A DNA stretch of 64,000 bases, from positions 51,522,001 to 51,586,000 of the forward strand of contig NC_043005.1 in NCBI RefSeq assembly GCF_006345805.1, read 5' to 3'. The notes under the pieces were generated by a model. It saw only the letters and a list, made by a program, of their open reading frames with translations. It ran no database searches and had not been told where the DNA came from. The DNA comes from Octopus sinensis. Taxonomy: Eukaryota. The translations under genes and the position numbers were made by a program. Positions 52,802 through 64,000 of this stretch are shown here, one piece after another; the stretch's first letter is position 1; every line of letters starts with the position of its first letter.

Positions 52802-54678
52802 GTAAGTTTTTTTTGTTTTTTGTTTTTTTTTTGACTTCACTGAAATGATTTCATGTTAACGAAGGAGCCTCTCTGTTTACTTGACCTAACCTATATATAT
52901 ATATATATAATAATTATATTAATAATAATAATAATAATAATAATAATCTTTGGATGAAATTTATAAAAAATTTTAATGCATTGCTACACATTTCCACAAA
53001 TCACATGTCTCTTAAGATCATAGTCCGTATTCATGGGATGATTACAGTACAGTCCATAGTATCCATGAACACTGGGTAGATCATGTTCATGCATTCATTT
53101 CTTCGGGCGAAATAACATTAACAGATATTTAACTAAGCTGGAAAAGTTGATTGGGGTATATGGGTATTTCTTTGTGTATTTGGTGAGCATGAGTAGAAGA
53201 TATTGCCAGTTAGCATCATTAAGCTGTAGTTGGCATAATAAAATAGCTTTTATATGCATATTCAAAATGTTTCCCAAAAACGAGCTTAAAGGATTATACA
53301 TATATATTTATGTTGCTTTTGCTATCAGAAAATTTTTACCATCATGTGTTGTAATCTTAATATATAAAACAGAGCTTGTGTGTGGGTCTTATGGATTAAA
53401 AAACTGAGTTGCCAATTTTGACGTATGTGGTAGCAAAAGATTCAGTGATCTTTTGGCTGCCTTGCACAACTCTTTTTTACTACAAAAATAACCTCAAAAA
53501 TGAGGTCAACTCGTGCAATTTTGAGGTTTTTATCTAAGAGAGACAACTCTGCCTGAACAATCTTTATGTCTTACATTAAAGCATAATGAGAAAATGTTTA
53601 AAATACATGGTGTTTTACCAAAGAATTATTTAGTAGATAATCTTTTAATGTGAAGTTTGTTTGTTTAGCCCAGAGTTGCCTCTGATGAAGCAGACTCATT
53701 GTATAGTTTTTTTCTTTCGGAAATACTGTAAATCTGTGCCTTTCTTTTGATGAAGGGGTGTGTTTTAAGAGACATTTGGTTACTATTTGTAATAGCTCAA
53801 GTGACCACAGACACACCCGTGTGTGTGTGTGTGTGTGTTTTGTTGTGGTGCAAAAAATACTTTCATAATATTTTGAACAATAAATTTTAAAGAAATCTGG
53901 ACATCTTTCTTACTGCTAACCATTCAACTTCAAATTACAATTGTTAATTGTTGGAAGTCAAGTAGACTAAGATGTACATATAGTGTTATTGTATATACTG
54001 GAAGTTCAATATGAAGTTTTGAACTCATTATCTTGTGGTTAGTAATCCATTACCTTAAATTTGAAGCTATTGAGTCTTTAAACATTATTTTACTGGGCTT
54101 AGTCTTTCAACTGTTGCCATGATGGGGTATTACCTTCAAAAATTTAATCGACCATTCTGACCTCAGTAAGTATTTCAGTCTGGTATTTATTTTATAGATC
54201 TCTGCTTGATGAACCGCTAACCTTGAGACATAGTTGGACGCAATACTTGATTTAACAACAAATGTAAACAAACACACACACACACATTAGGTCAAGAATG
54301 ACTGTGTGGTTGAGAAGTTTACTTCCCAACCACATGGTTCCATGTTCAGTTCCTCTGCATGGTGCCTTGGGCAAGTGTTTTCTACTATAGCCCTAGGCCA
54401 ACCACAGACTTGTGATTGAATTTGGTAGATGGAAATTTCAGCGTTGTTCATCAGAAAATGACTGAAAAACATGTTTATAAAGAATAGTTGTTTGCTTCAT
54501 ATTTCTCATGTGCCTATTCTGCCCATAAGAAAGGAACAAGTAATACAATGTGGCTGTACATCATAACACCTGGGCAATGCCGGGATGTATTATTATTAAT
54601 AACTAAAGAGTGAGGTGGGTAATTTTTAGCTGGCAGTTGAAGTGAGTGTAACTTATTTTTTTAATATTCTCTTTTCAG

Positions 54679-54840
54679 ATAACCCGCGACTATCCAGTCA
54701 TTGATCACACATACGATGCTGTTGTCGTAGGTGCCGGTGGCTCAGGATTGAGAGCAGCCTTTGGTTTGGCCAATGAAGGTTTCAAAACAGCATGTGTAAC
54801 CAAACTGTTTCCAACCCGTTCCCACACTGTGGCAGCTCAG
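54679..54840 (+). CDS. SDHA: SDHA coding exon 3 (FAD-binding GAGGSG motif, SHTVAAQ with the covalent-FAD His)
   Basis: Translates [61 protein letters not shown] acceptor, GTAAGT donor, 162 nt. Confidence 0.98.
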
Positions 54841-57127
54841 GTAAGTTCTGTCTGAAATGACTTATAGTAGTCTTAGTTTTTTTTATTGAACAAGTAGAAA
54901 GTTAAGATATTTAACCACCAGATCAAATGTAGAATAAATTATAGAGATGGTTTTATTCTGTTATAATCAGAGATTGGGAAAAGATATTTGTTGATGAAGG
55001 TGCATCGCTTGGTGGTTAGAACGTTGGGTTCAGAATCATGAGGTAGTGAGTTTGATTCCTAGAATGGGCTGTGTGTTGTGTTCTTGAGCAAAACATTTTG
55101 TTTCACATTGCTCCAGTTCATTCAGCTGTAGAAATCAGTTGTGATGTCATTGATGCCAAGCTGTATCGGCCTTTGCCTTTCCTGTGGATAACATTAGTGT
55201 TGTGGTGAGGGGAGTCTGGTGTATATGGGTGATTGCTGGTCTTCCATAAACAACCTTACTTGGACTTGAACCTCAAGGAGCAGACTTTCTAGCTGCAATC
55301 CCATGCTCATTCATGATCAAAGGGGTCTTTACCCTTTATTTGTTGATAGATTCAGTTTGTTGTGACAAGCCTGATTGACAAGATAACATTAATGTTACTT
55401 CAAAAAAAATGCTTAGATTTTGACTTCAATAATATAGTGTAGACATTGAAATGTTTACATATATATGTTTGTATGTAATTCTGTATCTAACATATGTACA
55501 GGCAAGGCCATGTTGTTAAGAAGTGTGCTTCATACTCTTTATGTTCTGAGTTCAAATCCTATATTAGTTAGCTTTGCCTTTCTTACTTTCAGCATTGATA
55601 CAGTTGAATACTGAGGTCAGTGTGATTGACATGCCCCCTCCTCTCCAAATTTCTGAACCTGTACAAAAATTAGTAAACTATTGTTTTTATTATGAAGGTG
55701 GAAAGCTGGCAGTATTTAGTTACAGCTTTTAGTTACGTTCTGTGTTCAGATCCTGCCAAATCTAAATCTGCATTTCAATCTTCCAAGTTCAATAAAATAA
55801 AATTATAGTCATCAACTGAAGTCAATTTAATTGCCTTCAAAATTTGGTGCTTCATGTGCATTTAAGAAGTCATTAACCACACTTGTGTTGTCTTTTGCCC
55901 TGGTCTTTCGATTCATTCATGTCATTTGTGGCAAGAATATTATTTATTCCTTCTCTTGTTTTTTTTTTTTTTCAAATTGATTTTAAACCTTTAGCATTTA
56001 AACTGACCATATCCAACCTGAATATTCTACCATGTTTTGTATTCAAACTGGCTAGATTCAACCTATCACACCACCCTACAAAGCCATTCTGAAAATATAC
56101 AATCACATCGTTATTAACATTTTGAAAATACAAGATAATGCATGATTAATTCAAAACAATGTGAATAAATAAGCATTACATTTGACAGAGCAATCTGAAT
56201 ACTAAAGGGTTGCCTTATGTAGTGACAACAAAATAGTTTTTTTTACCATTGGAATCCAGAGAGCAGAGACACTATAACAGAGGTATCAGCTGCCCAACCA
56301 ACCCTTATTCAGGCAGTTAGTATTGGGTATACTAACTGCCTGAATAAGGGTTGGTTGGGCAGTTAGTATTGGGCATGTGGAGGTGCAATGGCCCAGTGGT
56401 TAGGGCAGTGGACTTGCGGTCGTAGGATTGCGATTTCGATTCCCAGACCGGGCGTTGTGAGTGTTTATTGAGCGAAAACACCTAAAGCCCCACAAGGTTC
56501 CGGCAGGGATGGTGGTGATTCCTGCTGTACTCTTTCACCACAACTTTCTCTTACTTCCTGTTTCTGTTGTACCTGTATTTCAAAGGGCCGGCCTTGTCAC
56601 TCTCTGTGTCACGCTGAATATCCCCGAGAACTACGTTAAGGGTACACGTGTCTGTGGAGTGCTCAGCCACTTACACGTTAAGTTCACGAGCAGGCTGTTC
56701 CATTGATCGGATCAACCGGAACCCTTGTCGTAACCGACGGAGTGCTTCAAGTGTTGGGCATAACAGTTGGAGATTTGGGTGACTACCTTGAAGGGTTTAG
56801 TCAAATTGACCCCAGTACTTAATATTTTAAAGCCTAGTACTTATTTTATCAGTCTCTTCTACTGAACCACTAAGTTACAGGGGACATAAATCAACACTGA
56901 TCGTCAAGTAAAGTAGGTAGGATGGACACACACACACATGAGAAATGAGTTTTCACAGTTTCTGCTGTCAACATTTCCAAAAAGTGTGGCATCAAGAATT
57001 GCTACTCTGCTGTAAATACTTTTCCTTGGTCACAATAATGGTTGACACCAACATTTTATTTTTGGTGGAGTTTTGATTATCCAAATATTAAGATTGCTAA
57101 TTGCTGGCACTGTTATATCCATTCTAG

Positions 57128-57271
57128 GGAGGTATCAATGCTGCTCTTGGTAACATGGAAGAAGATGACTGGCGTTACCATTTCTATGACACAGTGAAAG
57201 GATCAGATTGGCTTGGAGATCAAGATGCTATCAGCTACATGTGTGAAGAGGCACCCAAAGCTGTCATTGAG
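57128..57271 (+). CDS. SDHA: SDHA coding exon 4
   Basis: [52 protein letters not shown] acceptor, GTAAGT donor, 144 nt. Confidence 0.98.
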
Positions 57272-57584
57272 GTAAGTGTTTCTTCATTTTCTTCTCTTCC
57301 CATTCACTTGATTGAGATGGTCAACGTTACTAGTATCAGTGGCATGAATAATGCACCCAGTGCACTCTGCAAAGTGGTTGGTGTTGTCAAGGGCATTCAA
57401 CCATAGAGACCATGCAGATACAGGAGCACAATGCAGTCCTTGGACTCACCAGGTCCTCTCGAACTGTCCAACCCGTGCCAGCATGGAACATGAACATTAA
57501 ATGATGATGATGATTATTTCATGTTTTCTCATATTTTTAACAAATTTCTGTGATTTTTCTTTTTTCCTTTTTTGTTCTGTTTAG

Positions 57585-57767
<183 letters not shown>

Positions 57768-57818
57768 TAACTGTGTCTTTTGTCTGTCTTCTCTTTATTT
57801 GCTGTTTCCTTCTCCTTA

Positions 57819-57861
<43 letters not shown>

Positions 57862-58806
57862 GTCTAGCCATCTCCTGTTTCTTTACCCTTGTTTCTCACT
57901 GTTCCTCATCTCTCCCTTTCTCATAACCCATGTCAGTATGGAAAACTGATGGTAAATAATGACAATGTATGTATTTGTCTTCAGTTGTAAATTTTTGTGC
58001 GACATATTTCAGTTTGAAGTGTGTGTTTATGCATATGTATGCATTTGTGTCTTAGCATCTGTGTATACACATGTATATATATAAGTCTCTACAGTTATGG
58101 CCAAATGTTTGGAACATAGGTCTTGAAATTAGAATTTTTATATTAAATGCTGAAGTACATATATTTGAATTGTACTTGGGCATAACAATTTTAACTTAAA
58201 AGAAAACATTTCAAACTCCATGAAATATACATTACCTGTACAATGTGCCATACATCAGATGTCCAAGTGATTGGGCAATATAAGATGAAGTGCTTTTGCT
58301 CAAGAAAACAATGTATTGCCCAGTCTGGCAATTGAAAATTGAAACCATGATCTCATGATGATAAGTGCAACACCATAACCACTAGGCCATGTGGCATCAC
58401 ACTAATGCATACTAATATATATATATATATACATATATGAAAAAATAAAAATTAGCACTAGGCTTAAAGACGCACAAAGCATCAACCTGTTTAGAAATAC
58501 AAGTCAAAATCTATTATTATTATCAATTACTTATATTCACCACAGATGATATTAACAATGATAATATCTTTCTTCGAGTGTTTACATTCGAATTTTACTC
58601 ATATATATATTATGTCTGTAATATAAATTGGACATGGGCAATCATTGTAGTCTTTCTTGTCTTGAGTTTCACGGCCTTTTGTTTAGCTTGTATGGCACAC
58701 ATTGAGCTCTTTTTGACTTACAACAACTGTTGAATGGTTATTGTGCCTCCTCTTGATCCACTTCAATAATGACCCTCAGTTGGTTCTTGTTAATCACAGA
58801 ATATTG

Positions 58807-59050
58807 ACTGCAAATTTCCTTATCATTAACCCTTTAGTTACCAACCCAGCTGAAACTGGCTCTGGTTCTGTGGTACAAATGTCTTTTCATAAGTTTTGAA
58901 TTAAAATCTTCCACCAAACCTTAGTCACAATTTATGTTCCCAACACTAGCTTAATGGTAGCTAAATTATCTTAGTAAATTCTTCGTTATATTTAAAATAA
59001 TTTAAGGAAACACAGAGCATCTCAAAATAAATATGGTAATGAAAGGGTAG
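58807..59050. mobile_element. Second piggyBac-like MITE family, copy 1
   Basis: TTAA|CCCTTTAGTTACC ... GGTAATGAAAGGG. Shares GGTTCTGTGGTACAAAT and TAGCTTAAT with the copy at 59250-59608. Confidence 0.6.
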
Positions 59051-59249
59051 CTCTCTTGTCTATTACAAAATTTTCAGAACCAGTAGTTGTATGTTGATTG
59101 AAATTATTGCTTTCCATCCTAATCTGCACTGGAACAATAAAATCACATGAATTTGCTTTTTTTCCTATTTTTGAGTAAAGGAAAATAAACAGTGCAAGCA
59201 AAACTATTAGCATAGACAGATATGTGGGCTTCAAAATGAGTATAGTTAA

Positions 59250-59608
59250 CCCATTTGATACCAACCCCATCTTGGTCGCCCTGGGTTCTGTGGTACAAAT
59301 TATTTTAAAAGTAGTCTAAATAAAAATTTCTCACTTAGCGGTTCGGCAAAAGAGACCGATAGAATAAGTACTGGGCTTACAAAGAATAAGTCCCGGGGTC
59401 GAGTTGCTCGACTAAAAGGCAGTGCTCCAGCATGGCCGCAGTCAAATGACTGAAACAAGTAAAAAAAAAAAAAAAATTGAAATTTCATGTTAATTTACTT
59501 TAAAAAAAATTAGCTTAATAATGACAAATTATTTTACAAAATTCTTCACTATGTTTGAAATTAACTGAAATAAAGATGTATTTCAACAGAAATATGGAAT
59601 CAAAAGGG
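59250..59608. mobile_element. Second piggyBac-like MITE family, copy 2, with a nested 5'-truncated SINE (59331-59475)
   Basis: TTAA at 59246-59249 and 59609-59612, CCCATTTGAT/ATCAAAAGGG ends, and a SINE 3' half with a poly(A) tail inside. Confidence 0.7.
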
Positions 59609-59723
59609 TTAAGAAAACTTTGTTTCAAAACATGTAACCAAGTTTAAAAAACACACACAATTATTTTTTACATTACACAAATATGTGAACTTAGTTGGTA
59701 TATTCTTCTTCTTTTGTCTTCAG

Positions 59724-59872
59724 TCCCTTATGTATGAGACACAGTACTTTATTGAATATTTTGCACTGGATTTGATTATGGAAGATGGCGAGTGTCGAGG
59801 CGTGATTGCTCTTTGTCTGGAAGATGGTTCTATTCATCGAATCCGTGCCAAGAACACAGTCATTGCAACCGG
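59724..59872 (+). CDS. SDHA: SDHA coding exon 6
   Basis: [49 protein letters not shown](G). CTTCAG acceptor, GTAAGC donor, 149 nt, ends in phase 2. Confidence 0.98.
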
Positions 59873-60117
59873 GTAAGCATTGGAATCACGATAGCTATTT
59901 ACCATCTTCCTCTGCAAATTTGGATTTATTTCATCATCATCATCATCATCATCATCATCGTTTAACGTCCGCTTTCCATGCTAGCATGGGTTGGACGGTT
60001 CAACTGGGGTCTGGGGAGCCCGAAGGCTGCACCAGGCCAGTCAGATCTGGCAGTGTTTCTACAGCTGGATGCCCTTCCTAACGCCAACCACTCCGAGAGT
60101 GTAGTGGGTGATTTTAT

Positions 60118-60369
60118 GTGCCACCGACACAGGTGCCAGACGAGGCTGGCGAACGGCCACGCTCGGATGGTGTTTTTTATGTGCCACCGACACAGGTGCT
60201 AGACGAGGCTGGCAGACGGCCACGCTCGGATGGTGTTTTTTATGTGCCACCGACACAGGTGCCAGACGAGGCTGGCGAACGGCCACGATCGGATGGTGTT
60301 TGTTACGTGCCCACAGCACGGAGGCCAGTCGATGCGGTACTGGCTACGGCCACGTTCGGATGGTTTTCT
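60118..60369. repeat. 63-bp minisatellite (3 units plus 1 diverged) inside an S3 element, SDHA intron 6
   Basis: Units start GTGCC at 60118, 60181, 60244 and 60307. Confidence 0.95.
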
Positions 60370-60863
60370 TTATTTATTTATTTTTCTATATTTTAATTTT
60401 AATTTTAAAAACAATTACTGCGGATGTTTTACTGCTAACATATTTAGTAGGAAGACATAAAGTGTTGATTAGACTGTGGGTCACCCTACTCTACTGTCCT
60501 AGACCATATTTAACATATTTCCCAATCATTCTTCTCCAGAGCTTCAACTTTCAAAAATTCAGCTCTCAACCTTTTCTACCTTTGCTACATATGTCAACTA
60601 AGAGGTATTCTAACTTGATGTCCTAGGACTTCCTTATCAGTTATATCCTTTCTTTTTAAGACAATAGGGTGTGTTTCAAGGGAGATTTGGCTGATACATT
60701 TAGCTAGTTGAGTGGCCACAGAGCAACTTCATAGTTGACTCGGTTATTGATACTTTTGTTGTATAATGTTATTTGCATTATGAAGACCTATGAATAATTA
60801 TTTTAGCTGTGAAGAAATGTTGCGATTTTGTTTATTTGTTTTGAACTGCATTCTTCTTTTCAG

Positions 60864-60988
60864 TGGTTATGGAAGAACTTATTTCTCCTGTACATCGGCC
60901 CATACCTGTACTGGGGATGGTACTGCAATGGTCAACAGAGCTGGTCTGTGCAATGAAGATTTGGAGTTTATTCAGTTTCACCCTACTG
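60864..60988 (+). CDS. SDHA: SDHA coding exon 7
   Basis: (G)[41 protein letters not shown](G). TTTTCAG acceptor, GTAAGT donor, 125 nt, phase 2 to phase 1. Confidence 0.98.
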
Positions 60989-61519
60989 GTAAGTCTACCC
61001 ATAATGTTTTTGTATGTTCCATGTGTCAACTTATATGGGGCAAAGGGTTAAAATTTCCGTTTTTAATCTTAATGCCAGAAGAGCTAAGAGTGAGGTGTAT
61101 AGCGTAGAGTGGGCAACAAAGATTTGGACTTTCACCCCACAGATGTCTGCTATGATCTATGTGTGTGCTTTTACGCACCAAATGCCTATATAGGAGGATC
61201 TCTCAAAGCTAATAATGCAGTATTCAGTGTTCTAATAAAACATCCATGTTAAGTTGGATGTAAAGATTATTTTTTGGTGTTAATATTGCTTCCATAGTTA
61301 GTAATTAATTTTTAGTAAGCCTGCTGGTTATTTGTAACATCAGCGTTGGAAAAGATGCTGATATTCTATACATCATAGCAGCCAGATTTGACTGGTATGT
61401 GGTGACCAGATGCTCCCTCTGATGATTTCGAGTAGAATGAAATCATATGATATGGGAATTCCGGCGTCCATGACAGATGGTCTATGTATGTGCTTTAATG
61501 CACCATGTTCCTATATGGG

Positions 61520-61830
61520 AGTGAAGGCACATGGCTCAGTGGTTAGAGCATTGGGCTCATAATCATAAGGTGAGTTTGATTCCCGGACCGGGCTGTGTGT
61601 TGTGTTCTTGAGCAAGACACTTTTTCATGTTGCTCCAGTTCACTTAGCTGTAGAAATGAGTTGCAATGTCTTTCCCAAGGATAACATTGGTGGTGTGGAA
61701 AGGGGAGGCTAGTATGCATGGTTGACTGCTAGTCTTCCATAAACAACCTTGCCCAGACTTGTGCCTCGGAGGGTAACTTTTAGGTGCAATCCCATGGTCA
61801 TTCGTGACCGATGGGGGTTCTTTACTCTTC
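61520..61830 (+). mobile_element. tRNA-derived SINE family S5. Others: 44090-44340, 54995-55340, 24515-24690 (-), 58230-58400 (-)
   Basis: TGGCTCAGTGGTTAGAGC A box, GAGTTTGATTCC B box, TGTGTTCTTGAGCAAGACAC body. Confidence 0.8.
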
Positions 61831-62236
61831 TTACTTAAACTAAAAAATGTTAGCTAAAATATTCTCAGAAATATCAAGAGCTGCTACTCTGATAGTTTAC
61901 TTGCTGTATAGTGTCTTAATTCTTTAGACATCTTGGTAATATGGAATAATTCTAAGTATACGAGATAAGATCACCTCATTTTGAATTACAGTTGATTATG
62001 TCAGCCCTAGAACCTGACTATATTGATGTTGGAAAGATGGAGAGCAAAGTGAACACCCTGGGCAGATATAAACTCTGAATGCAGTGGAATGTAATTAAAT
62101 ATTTGGAATGCCGTTTTTTTATTCTTTTTTTCTTTTTCTTTTTTTTTTTTTTTTGGATTGGGTGAACTCTGTCAATTCTGCCATGTATCTTCTCTCTTTT
62201 AGAGTAATACTAATATTTGTGAATGATTCTTTTAAG

Positions 62237-62405
62237 GTATTTATGGTGCTGGCTGCCTCATCACTGAAGGATGCCGTGGAGAAGGTGGCTATCTGATCAA
62301 TGGTGAAGGTGAACGTTTTATGGAACGCTATGCTCCAAATGCCAAAGATCTTGCTTCTCGTGATGTCGTATCTCGTGCCATGACAATTGAAATTCGTGAA
62401 GGCAG
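62237..62405 (+). CDS. SDHA: SDHA coding exon 8 (last exon inside the window; gene continues beyond 64000)
   Basis: (G)[55 protein letters not shown](R). TTTTAAG acceptor, GTGAGT donor, 169 nt. No further SDHA-like coding sequence seen before 64000. Confidence 0.98.
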
Positions 62406-62638
62406 GTGAGTATTCTATGTTCAGATGTTTTTTCATACATGTTGTCAGCAGTGAGTATAGACAGAGGCACAACTTGTGGTAAAGACATTTACTTTGCAAC
62501 GTTGTACTTTATGGTTTGATTCTACCATTTGGTAGAATCAAAGGTAAGTGTATACTACTACAGCCTTGGTTTGCAGACATGGTTACTTGGTCAAGAAGTT
62601 CATTTTGCAAATTATTTCAGATGGTGCTGGTGCCACAT

Positions 62639-62950
62639 AAAAATCACTGGTGATGGTACCACATAAAAATCACTGGTGATGGTACCACATAAAAATCACT
62701 GGTGATGGTACCACATAAAAAGCATTGGTGATGGTACCACATAAAAAGCACTGGTGATGGTGTCATGTAAAAAGCACTGGTGATGGTACCACATAAAAAG
62801 CACTGGTGATGGTACCATATAAAAAGCACTGGTGATGGTGTCATGTAAAAAGCACTGGTGCTGGTACCACATAAAAAGCACTGGTGATAGTACCATATAA
62901 AAAGCACTGGTGATGGTGTCATGTAAAAAGCACTGGTGCTGGTACCACAT
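62639..62950. repeat. 26-bp minisatellite (12 units, AAAAAGCACTGGTGATGGTACCACAT) inside an S3 element, SDHA intron 8
   Basis: 12 x 26 = 312 bp counted directly. Confidence 0.95.
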
Positions 62951-64000
62951 AAAAAGCACCCACTACACCCAAAAAAGTGATTGGCGTTAGGAAGGCAGCC
63001 AGCTGTAAGAAACCAAGCCAAAACAGATTATGGAACCTGGTGTGACTCCTGGCCTTGCCAGCTCCTGTCAGACTGTGCGACCTATGCCAGCTTAGAAAAC
63101 ATGTTAAATGATGATGTGTTCAATCACACTGCGTGACACCATCAGCAAATATCTAATACCATAGTCTTGACTCAACCAAAGCTTTTTTCAGTAAAATTTG
63201 GTAAACCAGAGCTGTGGTTGACTTGATCTCTTGACTAGTTTAGCGCCACCATGTGGTACTTGGATATCTTTAGTGGATTCTATTCTGCTGCAAACATTCA
63301 GGCTGGGTTTCTGGTCTCAGAATGACTTCCTTCTTCTTATCAGTGATGGGGCCTGACCACTGATTATCGTTTTATCTTTCACTTGTTTCAGTCATTAGTC
63401 TGTGGCCCTGCTGGGGCACTGCTTTGAGGAATGAATCGACCCCAGTGCTAATATTTTTTAAGTTCGGTACTTATTCTATCAGTCTCTTTTTGCCAAAACA
63501 CAGATGCAGACACCACACACATACACAAGACTATAATAGAAGGCACTTGCCCAAGGTGCCACGCAGTGAGATTGAATCCAGAACCATGTGGTTGGGAAGC
63601 AAATTTCTTACCATACAGCTACGCCAAAAAAAAAAAAAAAAAAAAGTCGGAGTGGGCGGCAAGTATGTCTTTATGGTTAAGTTTTGTGGGGTTCAGAGCT
63701 CAATACCAATGTGTGGTGTATAGGGTAAGAGACTTGAACCATATCTTTGGGTCGACCAAATCCTTGAAGTGTCTCTTAGACGAAATTAGGCCTCCGATTT
63801 CTCACTTAACTTCTAATGTTCTTGTGATTAAATCGCAATGGACGACTAAATATGTTTATCATTAAAGAACAAAAATAAATCATATTTTCAGATATTTTTA
63901 TCTGTATAAGGGAGACTACTCTAATCCTCTAATTTTAAAGTTACCTCCCTTGTTTTCGTTATTATGTTCTTGAGTCATTGATGAGCTTTCTACTCAGTTA

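Noticed and set aside
56377-56450. tRNA-like sequences (also 70-144, 11330-11394, 44095-44160, 61520-61590)
   Set aside because: A and B boxes are present, but there is no closed acceptor stem and each continues into a shared SINE body. They are SINE heads, not tRNA genes.
60118-62950. Regular 63-bp and 26-bp arrays that could look like CRISPR
   Set aside because: Units are contiguous with no unique spacers, lie inside retroposons in a eukaryotic intron, and there are no cas genes.

Overview
AT-rich, microsatellite- and retroposon-dense eukaryotic DNA. From the repeat families I infer an octopus/coleoid cephalopod; no database search was run. The only protein-coding gene I can identify with confidence is the 5' half of SDHA (succinate dehydrogenase flavoprotein subunit) on the + strand. 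It has 8 coding exons from ATG 35574 to 62405, all with GT-AG introns and compatible phases, a 17-kb first intron, and it runs off the window end. The rest is mobile-element debris: at least 5 tRNA-derived SINE/LINE-tail families, a decayed mariner and a decayed Tc1 in SDHA intron 1, a Penelope-like RT fragment, several MITE families and a Helitron-like element. Most ORFs in the supplied track are microsatellite or SINE read-through. I found no clearly new multi-gene system. The best leads are: hammerhead-ribozyme-like motifs in microsatellite-embedded Penelope-type termini; a crossed triple inverted repeat at 30.2-30.9 kb; a GGC-ended MITE with 13-bp versus 8-bp flanking duplications, one copy sitting upstream of SDHA; a hairpin mini-element with a telomere-like loop; and a possible unannotated minus-strand micro-exon gene head-to-head with SDHA. 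Repeat boundaries were read by eye and are approximate; SDHA exon boundaries were read base by base.
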